A stretch of DNA of 64,000 nt from Candidatus Hydrogenedentota bacterium (GCA_963745075.1 CAVUWV010000011.1:96001-160000), one strand, 5' to 3'. Counted from the stretch's first letter, positions 1 through 10,237 are shown. Numbers and translations: made by a program. The notes: generated by a model not told the origin, from the letters alone.

Positions 1-1263
1 CGCTTTGTCCACGTTGATGATGGGCATACCGTAGATGGGGCTCGATTCGTCCTCGCGCGCGGCCGGGTTCACAACGTCGTTTGCCCCGATGACGATGGCC
101 ACGTCGACGGTGTCCATCGTGGGATTGATGTCTTCCATCTCGACGAGTTGCTCATAGGGCACATTGGCTTCGGCGAGCAACACGTTCATGTGCCCCGGCA
201 TGCGGCCGGCCACGGGATGGATAGCGTAGCTGACTTCCGCGCCGTTCTTCTGGAGCACTTCACCGAGTTCCCGCACCACGTGCTGCGCCTGCGCGACCGC
301 CATGCCGTATCCCGGCACGAACACCACGGATTGCGCGGCTTCCAACACGTAATAAGCGTCTTCAGGCGTGAGCGATTTCGCTTCGCCCTGCGCGCCCTTG
401 CCGCCTGTCGCCGCAGTGGCCGAACCGAACCCGCTGAACAATACGTTTGCCAGGGAACGATTCATGGCTTTGCACATGATGATCGTGAGGATAATCCCGC
501 TGGCGCCGACGAGCGACCCCGACACGATCAGCACGGTGTTCAATATGATGAATCCCGCCGCGCAAGCCGCGAGACCCGAATAGCTGTTCAGCAGCGAGAT
601 TACGACCGGCATGTCCGCGCCGCCGATAGGGATCGTGGCCATCACGCCGAGGATGAACGACAAGACCACCGCCACGATGAAGGCCGGATACATGCCCACC
701 GGATCGATAACGTACGCTACACCGCACCCCACCGCCGCCAGCACGAGTAGACCGTTCACGATCTGCTGTCCGGCGAACAGGACGGGTTTGCCGCTGATGC
801 GTTCGGAAAGTTTGAGGTAGGCCACCATGCTGCCGGTGAACGTCACGCCGCCGATAAGGACGGCAAGGTAGGTGGCGCCTGCGGTGAACGCGATCGGCGC
901 CCCCTCGCTGGTGGCGACCCCGTTCGTCCATTCGGGGATGGCGCGTTGATACTCGGCCCAGCCCACAAGCAGGCTCGCGATGCCGCCGAACCCGTTGAAC
1001 AGCGCCACGAATTCCGGCATGGATGTCATTGGTACGCGCACGGCGGCGATTGTGCCGATGATGCTGCCGATGAGCACGCCGAGAATGATCCACTGGTATC
1101 CGATGATCTCTTTGTTCAATAGCGTCACGACGACGGCGATCAACATACCGAGCGCGGAAATTGTGTTGCCGCGTCGCGCGGTAGCCGGCGAACTCAGCAT
1201 CTTCAGGCCATAAATGAAGAGCACCGAGGCAACGATATAACTTAGATCGATAAGGGTGCTCAT
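1..1263 (-). CDS. pntB: NAD(P) transhydrogenase beta subunit (3' end runs off the window)
   Basis: Manual translation from ATG at 1263 gives MSTLIDLSYIVASVLFIYGLKMLSSPATARRGN, with later VPGYGMAVAQAQH and HPVAGRMPGHMNVLLAEA. No stop before position 1, so absent from the ORF track. Confidence 0.95.
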   Translation of the reverse strand, partial: MSTLIDLSYIVASVLFIYGLKMLSSPATARRGNTISALGMLIAVVVTLLNKEIIGYQWIILGVLIGSIIGTIAAVRVPMTSMPEFVALFNGFGGIASLLVGWAEYQRAIPEWTNGVATSEGAPIAFTAGATYLAVLIGGVTFTGSMVAYLKLSERISGKPVLFAGQQIVNGLLVLAAVGCGVAYVIDPVGMYPAFIVAVVLSFILGVMATIPIGGADMPVVISLLNSYSGLAACAAGFIILNTVLIVSGSLVGASGIILTIIMCKAMNRSLANVLFSGFGSATAATGGKGAQGEAKSLTPEDAYYVLEAAQSVVFVPGYGMAVAQAQHVVRELGEVLQKNGAEVSYAIHPVAGRMPGHMNVLLAEANVPYEQLVEMEDINPTMDTVDVAIVIGANDVVNPAAREDESSPIYGMPIINVDKA

Positions 1264-1550
1264 GCCTTGCCTCCCCTATCCTTGCTCTTGAACATGGCCA
1301 GCATGCGGTCCGTGACGAGGTAGCCGCCGACCACGTTTATGGTCGCGAAGGCCACGGCTGCCGTGCCGAGGGTAAGGCTGAGCCAGCCGCTACCGGTTTC
1401 CCCAGCGGCAATCAGCGCGCCGACGATGGTAATGCCGGAGATGGCATTTGACCCCGACATGAGCGGGGTATGCAGCGTTGCGGGGACCTTCGAGATCAAC
1501 TCGAACCCCAGGAAAATAGCGAGGACAAAGGTGAAGAGCAGTAATATCAT
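1260..1550 (-). CDS. pntAB: NAD(P) transhydrogenase alpha-2 (membrane) subunit
   Basis: VPATLHTPLMSGSNAISGI and INVVGGYLVTDRMLAMF motifs; ATGA overlap with pntB. Confidence 0.95.
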   Translation of the reverse strand: MILLLFTFVLAIFLGFELISKVPATLHTPLMSGSNAISGITIVGALIAAGETGSGWLSLTLGTAAVAFATINVVGGYLVTDRMLAMFKSKDRGGKA

Positions 1551-1568
1551 CGACAGTATCCTTCCGGG

Positions 1569-2708
1569 CTATTGGCCGGCCATTACGCTTTTGAGCATTT
1601 CGCTGACGATGGCGCCGTCGTGCGTGACGAGGCATCCCTGGATGATTTCATCGTCGAGGTTCAGGTTGAACTGCTTCGCCTCCGCGTCCCAGAACTCTTC
1701 GACCAGATTACCGAGGTTCGAGGAGTACATCTGACTAGCATGAACCGGAACGCGGCCTTCCAGATTGGCCAGACCGATGATACGGACACCGTCCACGTCG
1801 ACTTCCTGGTCTACCTGCACGCCCTCGACGTTGCCGCCCGATTCCGCGGCGAGATCGACAATCACGCTGCCGGGTTTCATCGAAGCCACCATCTCTTTCG
1901 TGACAATGACGGGCGCCTTGCGACCGAATAGTTTGGCCGTGGTGATCACCACGTCGGACTGGGCGCAGACTTTCGCCATGGCTTCACGCTGTTTCTGTTG
2001 TTGCTCCGGCGTGAGTTCTTTGGCGTACCCGTCTTTCGTCTGGCCGGTTTCGCCGAGGTCGACTTTGACAAACTTGGCGCCGAGCGACACGACCTGCTCT
2101 TCGACGACCGGGCGCGTATCGAATGCGTCCACCCGCGCGCCGAGCCGTTTCGCCGTGGCGATGGCCTGGAGCCCCGCAACACCCGCGCCGATGATGAAGA
2201 CGCGCGATGGCTTAATCGTGCCGGCGGGGGTCATCATCATGGGGAAAATCTGATTGAGGCGGTCCGCCGCCAGGATGACGGCTACGTATCCCGCGAGGCT
2301 GGCCTGGGAGCTCAACGCGTCCATCTTCTGGGCGCGCGTTGTGCGTGGAATCATTTCCATACTGATGGCGCTGACGCCGGCGTTCACCAGGGCGTCGATG
2401 AGTTCACGCTCGTTGAACGGGTCGAGAAAGCTCACATGGATGCATCCGCGCTTCAACTTGCCAATCTCGTCCATCGGCGGTTTACGAAGACGGAGCACCA
2501 TGTCCGCCGCGCCCAGCATGGCGTCACGGTCGGCACCGATCTTCGCCCCGGCTTCTTCGTAGGCGCTGTCGGCAAAGCCGGACGGCATTCCCATGCCCAC
2601 TTCGACGGTGAATTCCGCGCCTTTTCCGACCAAGCGCTTCACCGTGTCAGGGATCAAGGGGACGCGGAGTTCTCCGGGATGTGTCTCGCGAGGAACGAAT
2701 ATATGCAT
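1569..2708 (-). CDS. pntAA: NAD(P) transhydrogenase alpha-1 (NAD-binding) subunit
   Basis: RAQKMDALSSQASLAGY, GAGVAGLQAIATAKRLGA, VDLAAESGGN; soluble, with no membrane part. Confidence 0.95.
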   Translation of the reverse strand: MHIFVPRETHPGELRVPLIPDTVKRLVGKGAEFTVEVGMGMPSGFADSAYEEAGAKIGADRDAMLGAADMVLRLRKPPMDEIGKLKRGCIHVSFLDPFNERELIDALVNAGVSAISMEMIPRTTRAQKMDALSSQASLAGYVAVILAADRLNQIFPMMMTPAGTIKPSRVFIIGAGVAGLQAIATAKRLGARVDAFDTRPVVEEQVVSLGAKFVKVDLGETGQTKDGYAKELTPEQQQKQREAMAKVCAQSDVVITTAKLFGRKAPVIVTKEMVASMKPGSVIVDLAAESGGNVEGVQVDQEVDVDGVRIIGLANLEGRVPVHASQMYSSNLGNLVEEFWDAEAKQFNLNLDDEIIQGCLVTHDGAIVSEMLKSVMAGQ

Positions 2709-2929
2709 GGAATACCCCTGAGTCGATTTCCACGTGGAGTGGACGAAATTAACGAGTCCCCATTATAAGTGCCGCTGTTGAGCTTCGCAAACGCGGCGAA
2801 GAAAATACCTGATAAGTATACGTGCGGCGCGTGGGCGTCGCAAACGCAATGTAAAGATTTACGTGCTAGGTCGCGCGGTTTGCGCGAGCGTTTGAGACTT
2901 CCAGGCCCCGCTGGTTGATAGGCTTTCGG

Positions 2930-5152
2930 TCAGAATCCCGCTGATGTCGTGCCCGCGAGCACCACGACCGGGTCGGCCATGCCAGGACGGACCGACGCGG
3001 CCCAGGCGCCGTCGCCGGAAAGGGCGCAGGCGCGGCCGGTGCCGCCGTCCAGATAGGTGAGTTGGACCCGGCGGTAAGGCGCGTTCGCCTCGAATGCCCA
3101 GACTTGCGTGAGATTTTTCCGGTCGGGGGCTGTGCCGACCAGCATGGTGCCGGAGGGATGCCAGGCGACGCTCCATCCCGCGCCGAGGTCTCGATCGACT
3201 TGTCTATCCCCCGTGCGGATGAGTCGCACGGCCGTACGACCGTCCGCGCCGGACACGGACACGGCGAGCAGGGTTCCGTCCGGGCTGAACGCACGGGCAC
3301 TCAGGTTGATTGTGCCCTGGGCCACAGGTTCACCCGTACGCGGCGTGCCGTCGGTGGGAAACAGCCACAGCGACTGGGTCTCCTCGGAATCTCCGCGGAG
3401 GAACGCCAGGAACGTTCCGGTAGCCGAGTACTGTAAAGCGTCAATCGCCGGCCCGGGGGGCGCCAATGTCCGACCTCGTTCAAAATCGCCGTCCGGGTTA
3501 CGGGTCCATTCGACAATGCTGGTGCGATCCTGCGCATCGATTATAGCGGTGGCCAGGTGAGCACCGTCCGGGTGCATCGCAACCGTGGCGATGGTTTCGG
3601 ACGCCGCGGCCTGCAGCCGCGCCAACACGATAGGTTCGCCGGTTTGGAACGGCCCCTCGACGAGCGCCGGTGTGTGCGTCATTGGCAGGATCGTGGCCAT
3701 CACCGGCCTCGATGAGAGCGGCGAACCACCGTGATACGTATTGGCAAAGGCGAAGGCGGCGGTCTGTGGCGCACCCGCGGTACGGCTTGGAGACAGACCA
3801 AATGGAACAACGATGCTGGCGTACCGTCGGACCGGGTCGATTCCACAGACCACACGCCGGCCTTCATGATGGGCTTTGCTGGTTTCGGAAAGTTGAATCA
3901 AAAAGGTGCCGGGGTGGCCGGCCCACGTCACGTCGTCAATTGCGAACGCCGGGAGATTCAGCGGCGCCAGGACCACTCCCGGAGCTTCGTCTTGAAAACG
4001 CGCCACTGTTGCGTCCGCGAACCATCGCTGCGGATTGGCGAGGTCCGGATCCCAGATTCCGGTTGCTCCGTCGTTGCCGCCGCCGATCCATAGGAACCCC
4101 ATAATCGCGAATGCGATTGCGGCCGTCAGAATAGCGCCGCGCACGATCGGTTTTCGCCATGACTCCGGCAGCACTTCGGTAATCGGCGTCAAACCCGACG
4201 CCAGTTTGTGTGGTGTGTCCAATGGCGTCTCGGCAGCCGGCCGTTTACCGAAGGAACGGCGAAAGTCGGCCAATACGGTGGACATCGCGCCGTTTCCCGT
4301 GTCCAGCGCTTCCCCTTGACGCACGCGTTGGATCGCTTCGACGACCATATGACCGTCGGCAGGTCTATGTTTGGGTTGCTTCTCGATGATCCACGCCACG
4401 AGCCGCTCCACCTCTTCGAGAAGATCGCCCCGATGCCGGCGGAGCCGCGTCGGGGGATCGGAAACGATCTTGCGGATCAATTCGACGCTGGAACCGGCCT
4501 CGTACGGCAACCGCCCGGACAGCATCTGAAACAACAGCACGCCCAACGAATACAGATCGCTCGATCCGGTGAGTTCGCCGTTCTTGCACCGTTCCGGTGA
4601 CATGTAGTGGGGGGTGCCCAATCGCGACCCGTCTACGGTCAGGTTGTCATCCATCGTGAGAATCTTGGCAATCCCAAAGTCGGTGACATAGGCCTTGCCG
4701 GCATCGGTAATCAGAATGTTGGGAGGCTTTATATCACGGTGGATCACGTGCGCTTCATGGGCGCAAGCGAGCGCCGACGCTACCTGCGAAGCAATGTCCA
4801 GCGCCTGATCGCACGAGAGGCACGATTCGCGTTGCATCAGGGTGCTGAGGGGTACCGCATCGATAAACTCCATGGCGATAAACGGTGTGTCGTCTTCATT
4901 GCCCACGGAATAGATTTGCACAATATTGGGGTGATCCAGGCACGCGGCGGCTTTGGCTTCGCGGCTGAACCGGGACACAATCTGCGGCTGAGCGCGCAAG
5001 TCGTCTCGCAGTACCTTTACGGCTACGATGCGATCCAATGACAGGTCCAGTGCGCGGTAGACGATTCCCATACCGCCGCGGCCCACCTCCTCGAATAGCT
5101 CGTAGTTGCCGAGGATGTGCCGGGCCGGTACGGCGCCGCCATAGTCAAACAT
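2930..5152 (-). CDS. Hanks-type Ser/Thr protein kinase with TM helix and C-terminal TolB/PD40-like beta-propeller
   Basis: GRGGMGIVY, VAVK, HRDIKPPN, DFG, GTPHYMSPE; hydrophobic helix AILTAAIAFAIMGFLWI; repeats HPDG/FSPDG/WHPSG/LSGDG. Confidence 0.9.
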   Translation of the reverse strand: MFDYGGAVPARHILGNYELFEEVGRGGMGIVYRALDLSLDRIVAVKVLRDDLRAQPQIVSRFSREAKAAACLDHPNIVQIYSVGNEDDTPFIAMEFIDAVPLSTLMQRESCLSCDQALDIASQVASALACAHEAHVIHRDIKPPNILITDAGKAYVTDFGIAKILTMDDNLTVDGSRLGTPHYMSPERCKNGELTGSSDLYSLGVLLFQMLSGRLPYEAGSSVELIRKIVSDPPTRLRRHRGDLLEEVERLVAWIIEKQPKHRPADGHMVVEAIQRVRQGEALDTGNGAMSTVLADFRRSFGKRPAAETPLDTPHKLASGLTPITEVLPESWRKPIVRGAILTAAIAFAIMGFLWIGGGNDGATGIWDPDLANPQRWFADATVARFQDEAPGVVLAPLNLPAFAIDDVTWAGHPGTFLIQLSETSKAHHEGRRVVCGIDPVRRYASIVVPFGLSPSRTAGAPQTAAFAFANTYHGGSPLSSRPVMATILPMTHTPALVEGPFQTGEPIVLARLQAAASETIATVAMHPDGAHLATAIIDAQDRTSIVEWTRNPDGDFERGRTLAPPGPAIDALQYSATGTFLAFLRGDSEETQSLWLFPTDGTPRTGEPVAQGTINLSARAFSPDGTLLAVSVSGADGRTAVRLIRTGDRQVDRDLGAGWSVAWHPSGTMLVGTAPDRKNLTQVWAFEANAPYRRVQLTYLDGGTGRACALSGDGAWAASVRPGMADPVVVLAGTTSAGF

Positions 5153-5176
5153 GGCAAATCTCCTCCGCGCGGACCG

Positions 5177-7444
5177 TCAAAGCGAAACCTCCATGTTTTG
5201 TGACCGATCGGCTTGGGCGAGTGTCGTTGCGCGAACGCCGATGGGGACAAACAGGACCGACTGATCGGAGTGGCGGTTGGCGATGATCGCAATCCAGCGT
5301 CCGTCCGGAGACACGGCTGCATTGCCCCGGATGCCATTCTCGCACTGCGTAAGTTGTCTCGCTTCGGGTGCGGTCGCAGGGGAGACGAGCCAGGCCTGAG
5401 CCGGCGCTCCGCGAGTGATGACGAACGCGTCTCCTGTGGGCAGCCATCCCTCGGAACCGATCGTTCCGTGTCCTATCCGCGCTACGATGTTTCCCGAGGC
5501 CGTATCAACGACGTGGAGTTCCGGTTGCGATGGGTCCGGTTCGCGAACGGCCACGACGGCGCGCGTTCCGTCCGGACTGAGGGCATAGGACGTGTCGACA
5601 TGCCCCATGGACAGCAGGGCACCGACATCTTGCGCATTATGCGACGATATCCAGAGCTCGCGTCCGCCGCTTGCCTTTTGCCGCATGTACGCAATGCTGT
5701 TTCCGTCGGCGGTATATTGAATACTGCCCGATACGATGTGTTGTCCCGCGCCGGTAATCGGCACGCCCTTTGGCTCGGCGTCTCCGTGTCCGGAGGATGC
5801 GTACTCCATCAGACGTTCGCCGCCCTCTGCAGTGCGTTCCGCTACGCAGAAGTGACGACCATCCGGGTGAAGCGCAATCGCGGCGGACTGGCCCACGTCT
5901 ACGAGCGTTTCGCGATGGAGCGGAGTCACCTGCGGGAACGCAGACGTGATGGGTTGCGGTAGAACTTCGGCATAGGCCGGTGCGGACGTATCACCCGGGA
6001 GATACCGTGTCATGAGCACCGTCGATCCAAGCGTCCCCGCGTTCTCCGGTGGAATTCGATACATTAACGGCACCGGAACAAGTAACTTCCCTTCCGCCGC
6101 GAAAGGTGCGCTCGGCGCGTGGAGGCTGCGGCACTCCCGCACGTTGGGGTCCATGGCAAGCAACCCCGTTGCACCGTCGAGCAGGGAACCGTTGCGGCCT
6201 TGCGCTTCCACCACGAGCGTGTCGCCGGCCCAATGAAGTTCATGAAATACAAAACCATCCAATACCGTGGATGCACGCAATGTTCCATCCGCTTCATCTT
6301 GAAACCGGCACGCTGACAGGACTGGCGCGGGAATCGGTGCATTGCTGGTATGGCCGATCGCCGTGATGGCCGCTGCAATAACGGACACGATGAAAATGCA
6401 CGTCACGCCTACGAGTGGCGTGCGGAACCGTTGCATGCGCGAAAGACGTTTGGAATCGGATGACGCATTCGACTTACGGCTTTGCCGTTGGGGTGGGGGA
6501 GTCATCAGTCGCAAGTTGGATTCGACGGCCTGTTCGCGCACGAACGCCGCCAGTGCTTCGGGGATTACGGACTTTCCGCCGTCCTCCGCGCGCAGACGCT
6601 CGATGGTCTTCACCACGTCCGTGGCGCTGCGGGGGCGCGCATCCGGTTCCTTTTGCAGCAAGTGTGCCACGAGCCGGGCGACATCGTCCGGGATTTCGGG
6701 AAGCAGTTTGTTCAATCGCGGCGCGTCGTCCGTCAGGATTTGTTTGACCAGGGCGTGCGACGACTCCGCGCGGAACGGCGCATGTCCGGCCATCATCTGA
6801 AACAGTACTACGCCAAGCGAATACAAATCGGTGGCCGGACGCAAGTCGGCGCCCTCGCATTGTTCCGGAGACATGTAGGTCGGTGTACCGATAACGCCGT
6901 TCGTTCCGTTCGCCTGCGTATCGAGCGTGGCTACACGGGCGATGCCGAAATCGGTCAATCGAACCCGCCCCTGGCGGTCCAACAGGATATTGGCAGGTTT
7001 CACGTCGCGGTGGATGACGCCCGCCCCATGGGCACATTCCAAAGCCCGGGCGAGTTGCGCGCCCACGTAGAGCGCGGTCTGCCAGTTCACCGTTCCCTTG
7101 CGCCGGAGAAACCGGTCCAGCGGTTCCCCCGCGACATATTCCATGGCGATGTAGGGAGTTCCAGCTTCGACACCAGCGGAATAAATCCGAACCACGCACG
7201 GATGGCGTAAGGGAGCCGCCGCCTGCGCTTCCCGGTAGAAACTGCGAACCATGGAAGGGTTCCGTGCGAGGCTACCCAGCAATACTTTGAGGGCCACCGG
7301 CCGGTTCAGTGCGGTATCGCGCGCCAGGTAGACGGTACCCATGGCGCCACGGCCGATGAGGGCCTGGACCTTGTAGCCACCCAAGGCGGAACCGATGAGG
7401 GAAGCGTGGCCGCCGTTCGCTACCAGATGTGGTACAGTGTCCAT
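5177..7444 (-). CDS. Hanks-type Ser/Thr protein kinase with TM helix and C-terminal beta-propeller (paralog of the neighbour)
   Basis: GRGAMGTVY, VALK, HRDVKPAN, DFG, GTPTYMSPE; TM LVGVTCIFIVSVIAAAITAI; LHPDG/YTADG/LSPDG/VSPDG repeats. Confidence 0.9.
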   Translation of the reverse strand: MDTVPHLVANGGHASLIGSALGGYKVQALIGRGAMGTVYLARDTALNRPVALKVLLGSLARNPSMVRSFYREAQAAAPLRHPCVVRIYSAGVEAGTPYIAMEYVAGEPLDRFLRRKGTVNWQTALYVGAQLARALECAHGAGVIHRDVKPANILLDRQGRVRLTDFGIARVATLDTQANGTNGVIGTPTYMSPEQCEGADLRPATDLYSLGVVLFQMMAGHAPFRAESSHALVKQILTDDAPRLNKLLPEIPDDVARLVAHLLQKEPDARPRSATDVVKTIERLRAEDGGKSVIPEALAAFVREQAVESNLRLMTPPPQRQSRKSNASSDSKRLSRMQRFRTPLVGVTCIFIVSVIAAAITAIGHTSNAPIPAPVLSACRFQDEADGTLRASTVLDGFVFHELHWAGDTLVVEAQGRNGSLLDGATGLLAMDPNVRECRSLHAPSAPFAAEGKLLVPVPLMYRIPPENAGTLGSTVLMTRYLPGDTSAPAYAEVLPQPITSAFPQVTPLHRETLVDVGQSAAIALHPDGRHFCVAERTAEGGERLMEYASSGHGDAEPKGVPITGAGQHIVSGSIQYTADGNSIAYMRQKASGGRELWISSHNAQDVGALLSMGHVDTSYALSPDGTRAVVAVREPDPSQPELHVVDTASGNIVARIGHGTIGSEGWLPTGDAFVITRGAPAQAWLVSPATAPEARQLTQCENGIRGNAAVSPDGRWIAIIANRHSDQSVLFVPIGVRATTLAQADRSQNMEVSL

Positions 7445-7485
7445 CTTACGATCCGCATGATGTTGTGTTTTTTGGCATCATGGGC

Positions 7486-7521
7486 AATTTAGCAATAAAT
7501 ACTAATTTTGTCAAGTATTTA
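7486..7521 (-). promoter_or_regulatory. sigma70-like promoter of the kinase pair, overlapped by an inverted repeat
   Basis: Minus strand TTGACA (7514-7509), 17 nt, TAAATT (7491-7486). TAAATACT-N10-AGTATTTA palindrome at 7496-7521 spans the -35 box; AT-rich island. Confidence 0.6.
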
Positions 7522-7630
7522 CTAAAATGAAAAAAGCGGGACGCAAGATTATACGTGCGAGAAGTGGTGTTTTATAGGCAAGTTATTTATTTGGAATGAG
7601 TTAGGTCGAAATTCAGTGCAAAAGACTGGA

Positions 7631-8122
7631 CTACTTGTTTCGGCCCAGCTTTTCCATGAGCCGTTCCTCGATTTCTTCGGGCACGAAATCCTTGAGGCTG
7701 CCGCCGAACATGGCGATTTCACGCACAATCCGGGAACTGAGGAGGAGGTAGTTTTCGCTGGGCATCAGGCAGACGGTGTCGATGGTAGGATTGAGTTTCT
7801 GATTGGCGATGGCCATGGTGATTTCGTATTCGAAGTCAGACACGACGCGCAGGCCCCGCACGAGGGCGATGGCGTTGCGTTGGCGGGCAAACTCAGCGGT
7901 GAGTCCCTGGAAGGAGGTGACCTCGACGTTGGGGCGCTCGTTCACGATTTTGGTCAACATTTCGATCCGTTCATCCACAGAGAACAATCCGGCCTTGTCC
8001 GAGTTACGCGCGACCGCCACGATCAGGGAGTCAAAAATCTTGGCCGCACGATCGATGAGATCGATATGCCCAAAGGTCGGTGGGTCGAAACTCCCGGGGT
8101 ACACGGCAATACGGTCGGCCAT
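7631..8122 (-). CDS. coaD: pantetheine-phosphate adenylyltransferase
   Basis: YPGSFDPPTFGH, LVRGLRVVSDFEYE, LSSRIVREIA. Confidence 0.96.
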   Translation of the reverse strand: MADRIAVYPGSFDPPTFGHIDLIDRAAKIFDSLIVAVARNSDKAGLFSVDERIEMLTKIVNERPNVEVTSFQGLTAEFARQRNAIALVRGLRVVSDFEYEITMAIANQKLNPTIDTVCLMPSENYLLLSSRIVREIAMFGGSLKDFVPEEIEERLMEKLGRNK

Positions 8123-8240
8123 AATCGAAAAAAACTCCCTCTCCCGCGAGACACGCGCGCGGAACTGGTTGGTAGCTCGCCTCCGAACACGGGTAGCCTA
8201 CCCCCTGGCATATGCCCGGTGCAATGCGCCGGAAGTTTTC

Positions 8241-8277
8241 AATCGGACCGATCGGACGGATCCGTCCGATCCCGATT
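8241..8277. repeat. perfect 20-bp palindrome (ATCGGACGGATCCGTCCGAT) with extra ATCGGAC units; REP-like
   Basis: 8251-8270 is its own reverse complement; lies just downstream of the larC stop. Confidence 0.6.
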
Positions 8278-8285
8278 CTGGGAAT

Positions 8286-9482
8286 TCACGCGTCGCCCAA
8301 ATCGTCCGCCAGGGCCTTCGCCAACGCGGCCTGATAGATTGTAGCGGTGGCAACGCCATTCTCGTCAGCCAACCTCCGGCAGTCTTCAAACTCGGGCGCC
8401 GCAACGGTGCGTTCTCCCTGAAAGCGGCCAATCTTGACGCGCACATTGCCCCACTCCGTGACTGCAACTTTCCATTCACGTGCCAGGCAAATCCGCCGTT
8501 CCTGCCGGATGCGCACGCCCAGCGTGGTCGAAGTCCGAAACAGGATACCGGCCATCTCTTGCGTTTTGTTGTCCTCGCACAAAACGGAAACGAGATACGC
8601 GGGCCGTCCCTTTTTCGCGACGATAGGCGTGAGAAACGCGTCACGCGCGCCGGCTGCAAGGAGATCGCCGAGAAGTTCAGGCAGCAATTCGGGATTCATA
8701 TCGTCTACGTTGGTTTCCAGCACCGCGATGGTCTCGGTCGTCTCCGCGCCCGACTGGCTTTCACCCATGACCACCCGCAATACATTGGCCCGGTCCTCGA
8801 GATCGCGGGTACCACTGCCGTAACCGATGGATTCGATCTGAATGACCGGCATGGAGCCGAACGACGCCACGATCTGGCCGAGGAGCGCCGCGCCGGTTGG
8901 CGTGACCAGTTCGTACGGTATCTCGCCGCCGTATGAAGGAATGCCTTTCAGCAACAGCGCGGTCGCGGGCGCTGGCACGGGCATGATTCCGTGCGCGCAC
9001 TTCACCGTTCCCGCGCCGACGTGCAGCGGCGACGCGGCGATGTGCGTGTAGCCCAATTCGTGCAGACAGAAGTGCGTGCCAACCACGTCGACGATAGAAT
9101 CGATGGCGCCGACCTCGTGGAAGTGGACTTTCTCGATCGTGGTACCGTGGACTGAGGCCTCCGCCTCGGCGATGCGGCGGAAGGTTTCCGCGCTCGCCTG
9201 TTTGACCTGGTCCGGCAGGTCGCCCTTGTCGATGATTTCGAGCACGTGACGCAAATGGCGGTGGGGCTGTTTCTCGTTGAGATCGCGATCGACGACGAAC
9301 TGCGTGGCCATGACGCCTTTCTTCTTGACCTTCTCCGCGGCGATGCGATAGCCGGAAACGTCGAGCGAATCGAGGGCCTGCTTGAGTCTGTCGAAGTTCA
9401 TACCGAGGTCAAGCAGCGCGCCGACGATCATGTCGCCTGCGGCCCCGCTGAAACAGTCAAAGTAAAGCGTCTTCATCGTCAC
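8286..9482 (-). CDS. larC: nickel pincer cofactor biosynthesis protein (nickel insertase)
   Basis: DCFSGAAGDM, VHFHEVGAIDSIVD, CAHGIMPVPAPAT, ELVTPTGAA, ETNVDD, PEFEDC. Confidence 0.93.
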   Translation of the reverse strand: MTMKTLYFDCFSGAAGDMIVGALLDLGMNFDRLKQALDSLDVSGYRIAAEKVKKKGVMATQFVVDRDLNEKQPHRHLRHVLEIIDKGDLPDQVKQASAETFRRIAEAEASVHGTTIEKVHFHEVGAIDSIVDVVGTHFCLHELGYTHIAASPLHVGAGTVKCAHGIMPVPAPATALLLKGIPSYGGEIPYELVTPTGAALLGQIVASFGSMPVIQIESIGYGSGTRDLEDRANVLRVVMGESQSGAETTETIAVLETNVDDMNPELLPELLGDLLAAGARDAFLTPIVAKKGRPAYLVSVLCEDNKTQEMAGILFRTSTTLGVRIRQERRICLAREWKVAVTEWGNVRVKIGRFQGERTVAAPEFEDCRRLADENGVATATIYQAALAKALADDLGDA

Positions 9483-10237
9483 TTCCCATTTGCGATACGG
9501 TTAATCATCGAAGCGAGCATCCCGGCGCCGAATCCGTTGTCGATATTGACCACCGACACGCCCGAGGCGCAGGAATTGAGCATGGCCAGCAAGGCCGCGA
9601 TGCCGCCGAAGTTCGCCCCGTACCCCACGCTGGTCGGCACGGCAATCACCGGCACGTCCACCAGCCCTGCGACGACGCTGGGCAACGCGCCCTCCATCCC
9701 CGCGCACACGACGATGGCGTTGGCGCTCTGTAAAACTTCGTGCTGTCCCAACAACCGGTGGATACCGGCAACCCCCACGTCGTAGACCCGTTTCACCGGG
9801 CAACCGTACGACTCGCACGTCACGACAGCCTCTTCGGCGACGGGCATGTCGGATGTTCCCGCGCAGGCTATGGCGACAAAGCCGGTCTGCGGTTCCGGCG
9901 GGGTCACGGTGACCGTGATCGCCCGCGCGGCTTCGTGATGGACGGCGTCGGGGTTTTCTGCGAGGACCGCCGTCACGATCTCGGGCGAACACCGCGTCGC
10001 GAGCACGTTGCTGCCGTGCGCGCGAATCCGCGAGATAATCTCAGCGACCTGCTTCGGCGTCTTGCCGGCGGCGAAGATGGCTTCGGGATAGCCCTGCCGA
10101 ATCCCGCGATGGTGGTCCACTTTTGCGAACCCCAAATCTTCGAAGGGCAATCCGCGCAAACGTTCGAGCGCTGCGGCCGGGGGCACGGAGCCCGACGCTA
10201 CATCTTCCAATAAAGCCAGGAGTTTTGTGCGATCCAT
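9479..10237 (-). CDS. larB: nickel pincer cofactor biosynthesis protein (AIR carboxylase-like)
   Basis: AGTSDMPVAEEA, DVGVAGIHRL, AGMEGALPSVV, PTSVGYG, VVNIDNGFGA. Confidence 0.95.
   Translation of the reverse strand: MDRTKLLALLEDVASGSVPPAAALERLRGLPFEDLGFAKVDHHRGIRQGYPEAIFAAGKTPKQVAEIISRIRAHGSNVLATRCSPEIVTAVLAENPDAVHHEAARAITVTVTPPEPQTGFVAIACAGTSDMPVAEEAVVTCESYGCPVKRVYDVGVAGIHRLLGQHEVLQSANAIVVCAGMEGALPSVVAGLVDVPVIAVPTSVGYGANFGGIAALLAMLNSCASGVSVVNIDNGFGAGMLASMINRIANGK

Noticed and set aside
1..2708. Split pntA as a novelty
   Set aside because: The three-gene pntAA-pntAB-pntB arrangement is well known, e.g. in Rhodospirillum rubrum.
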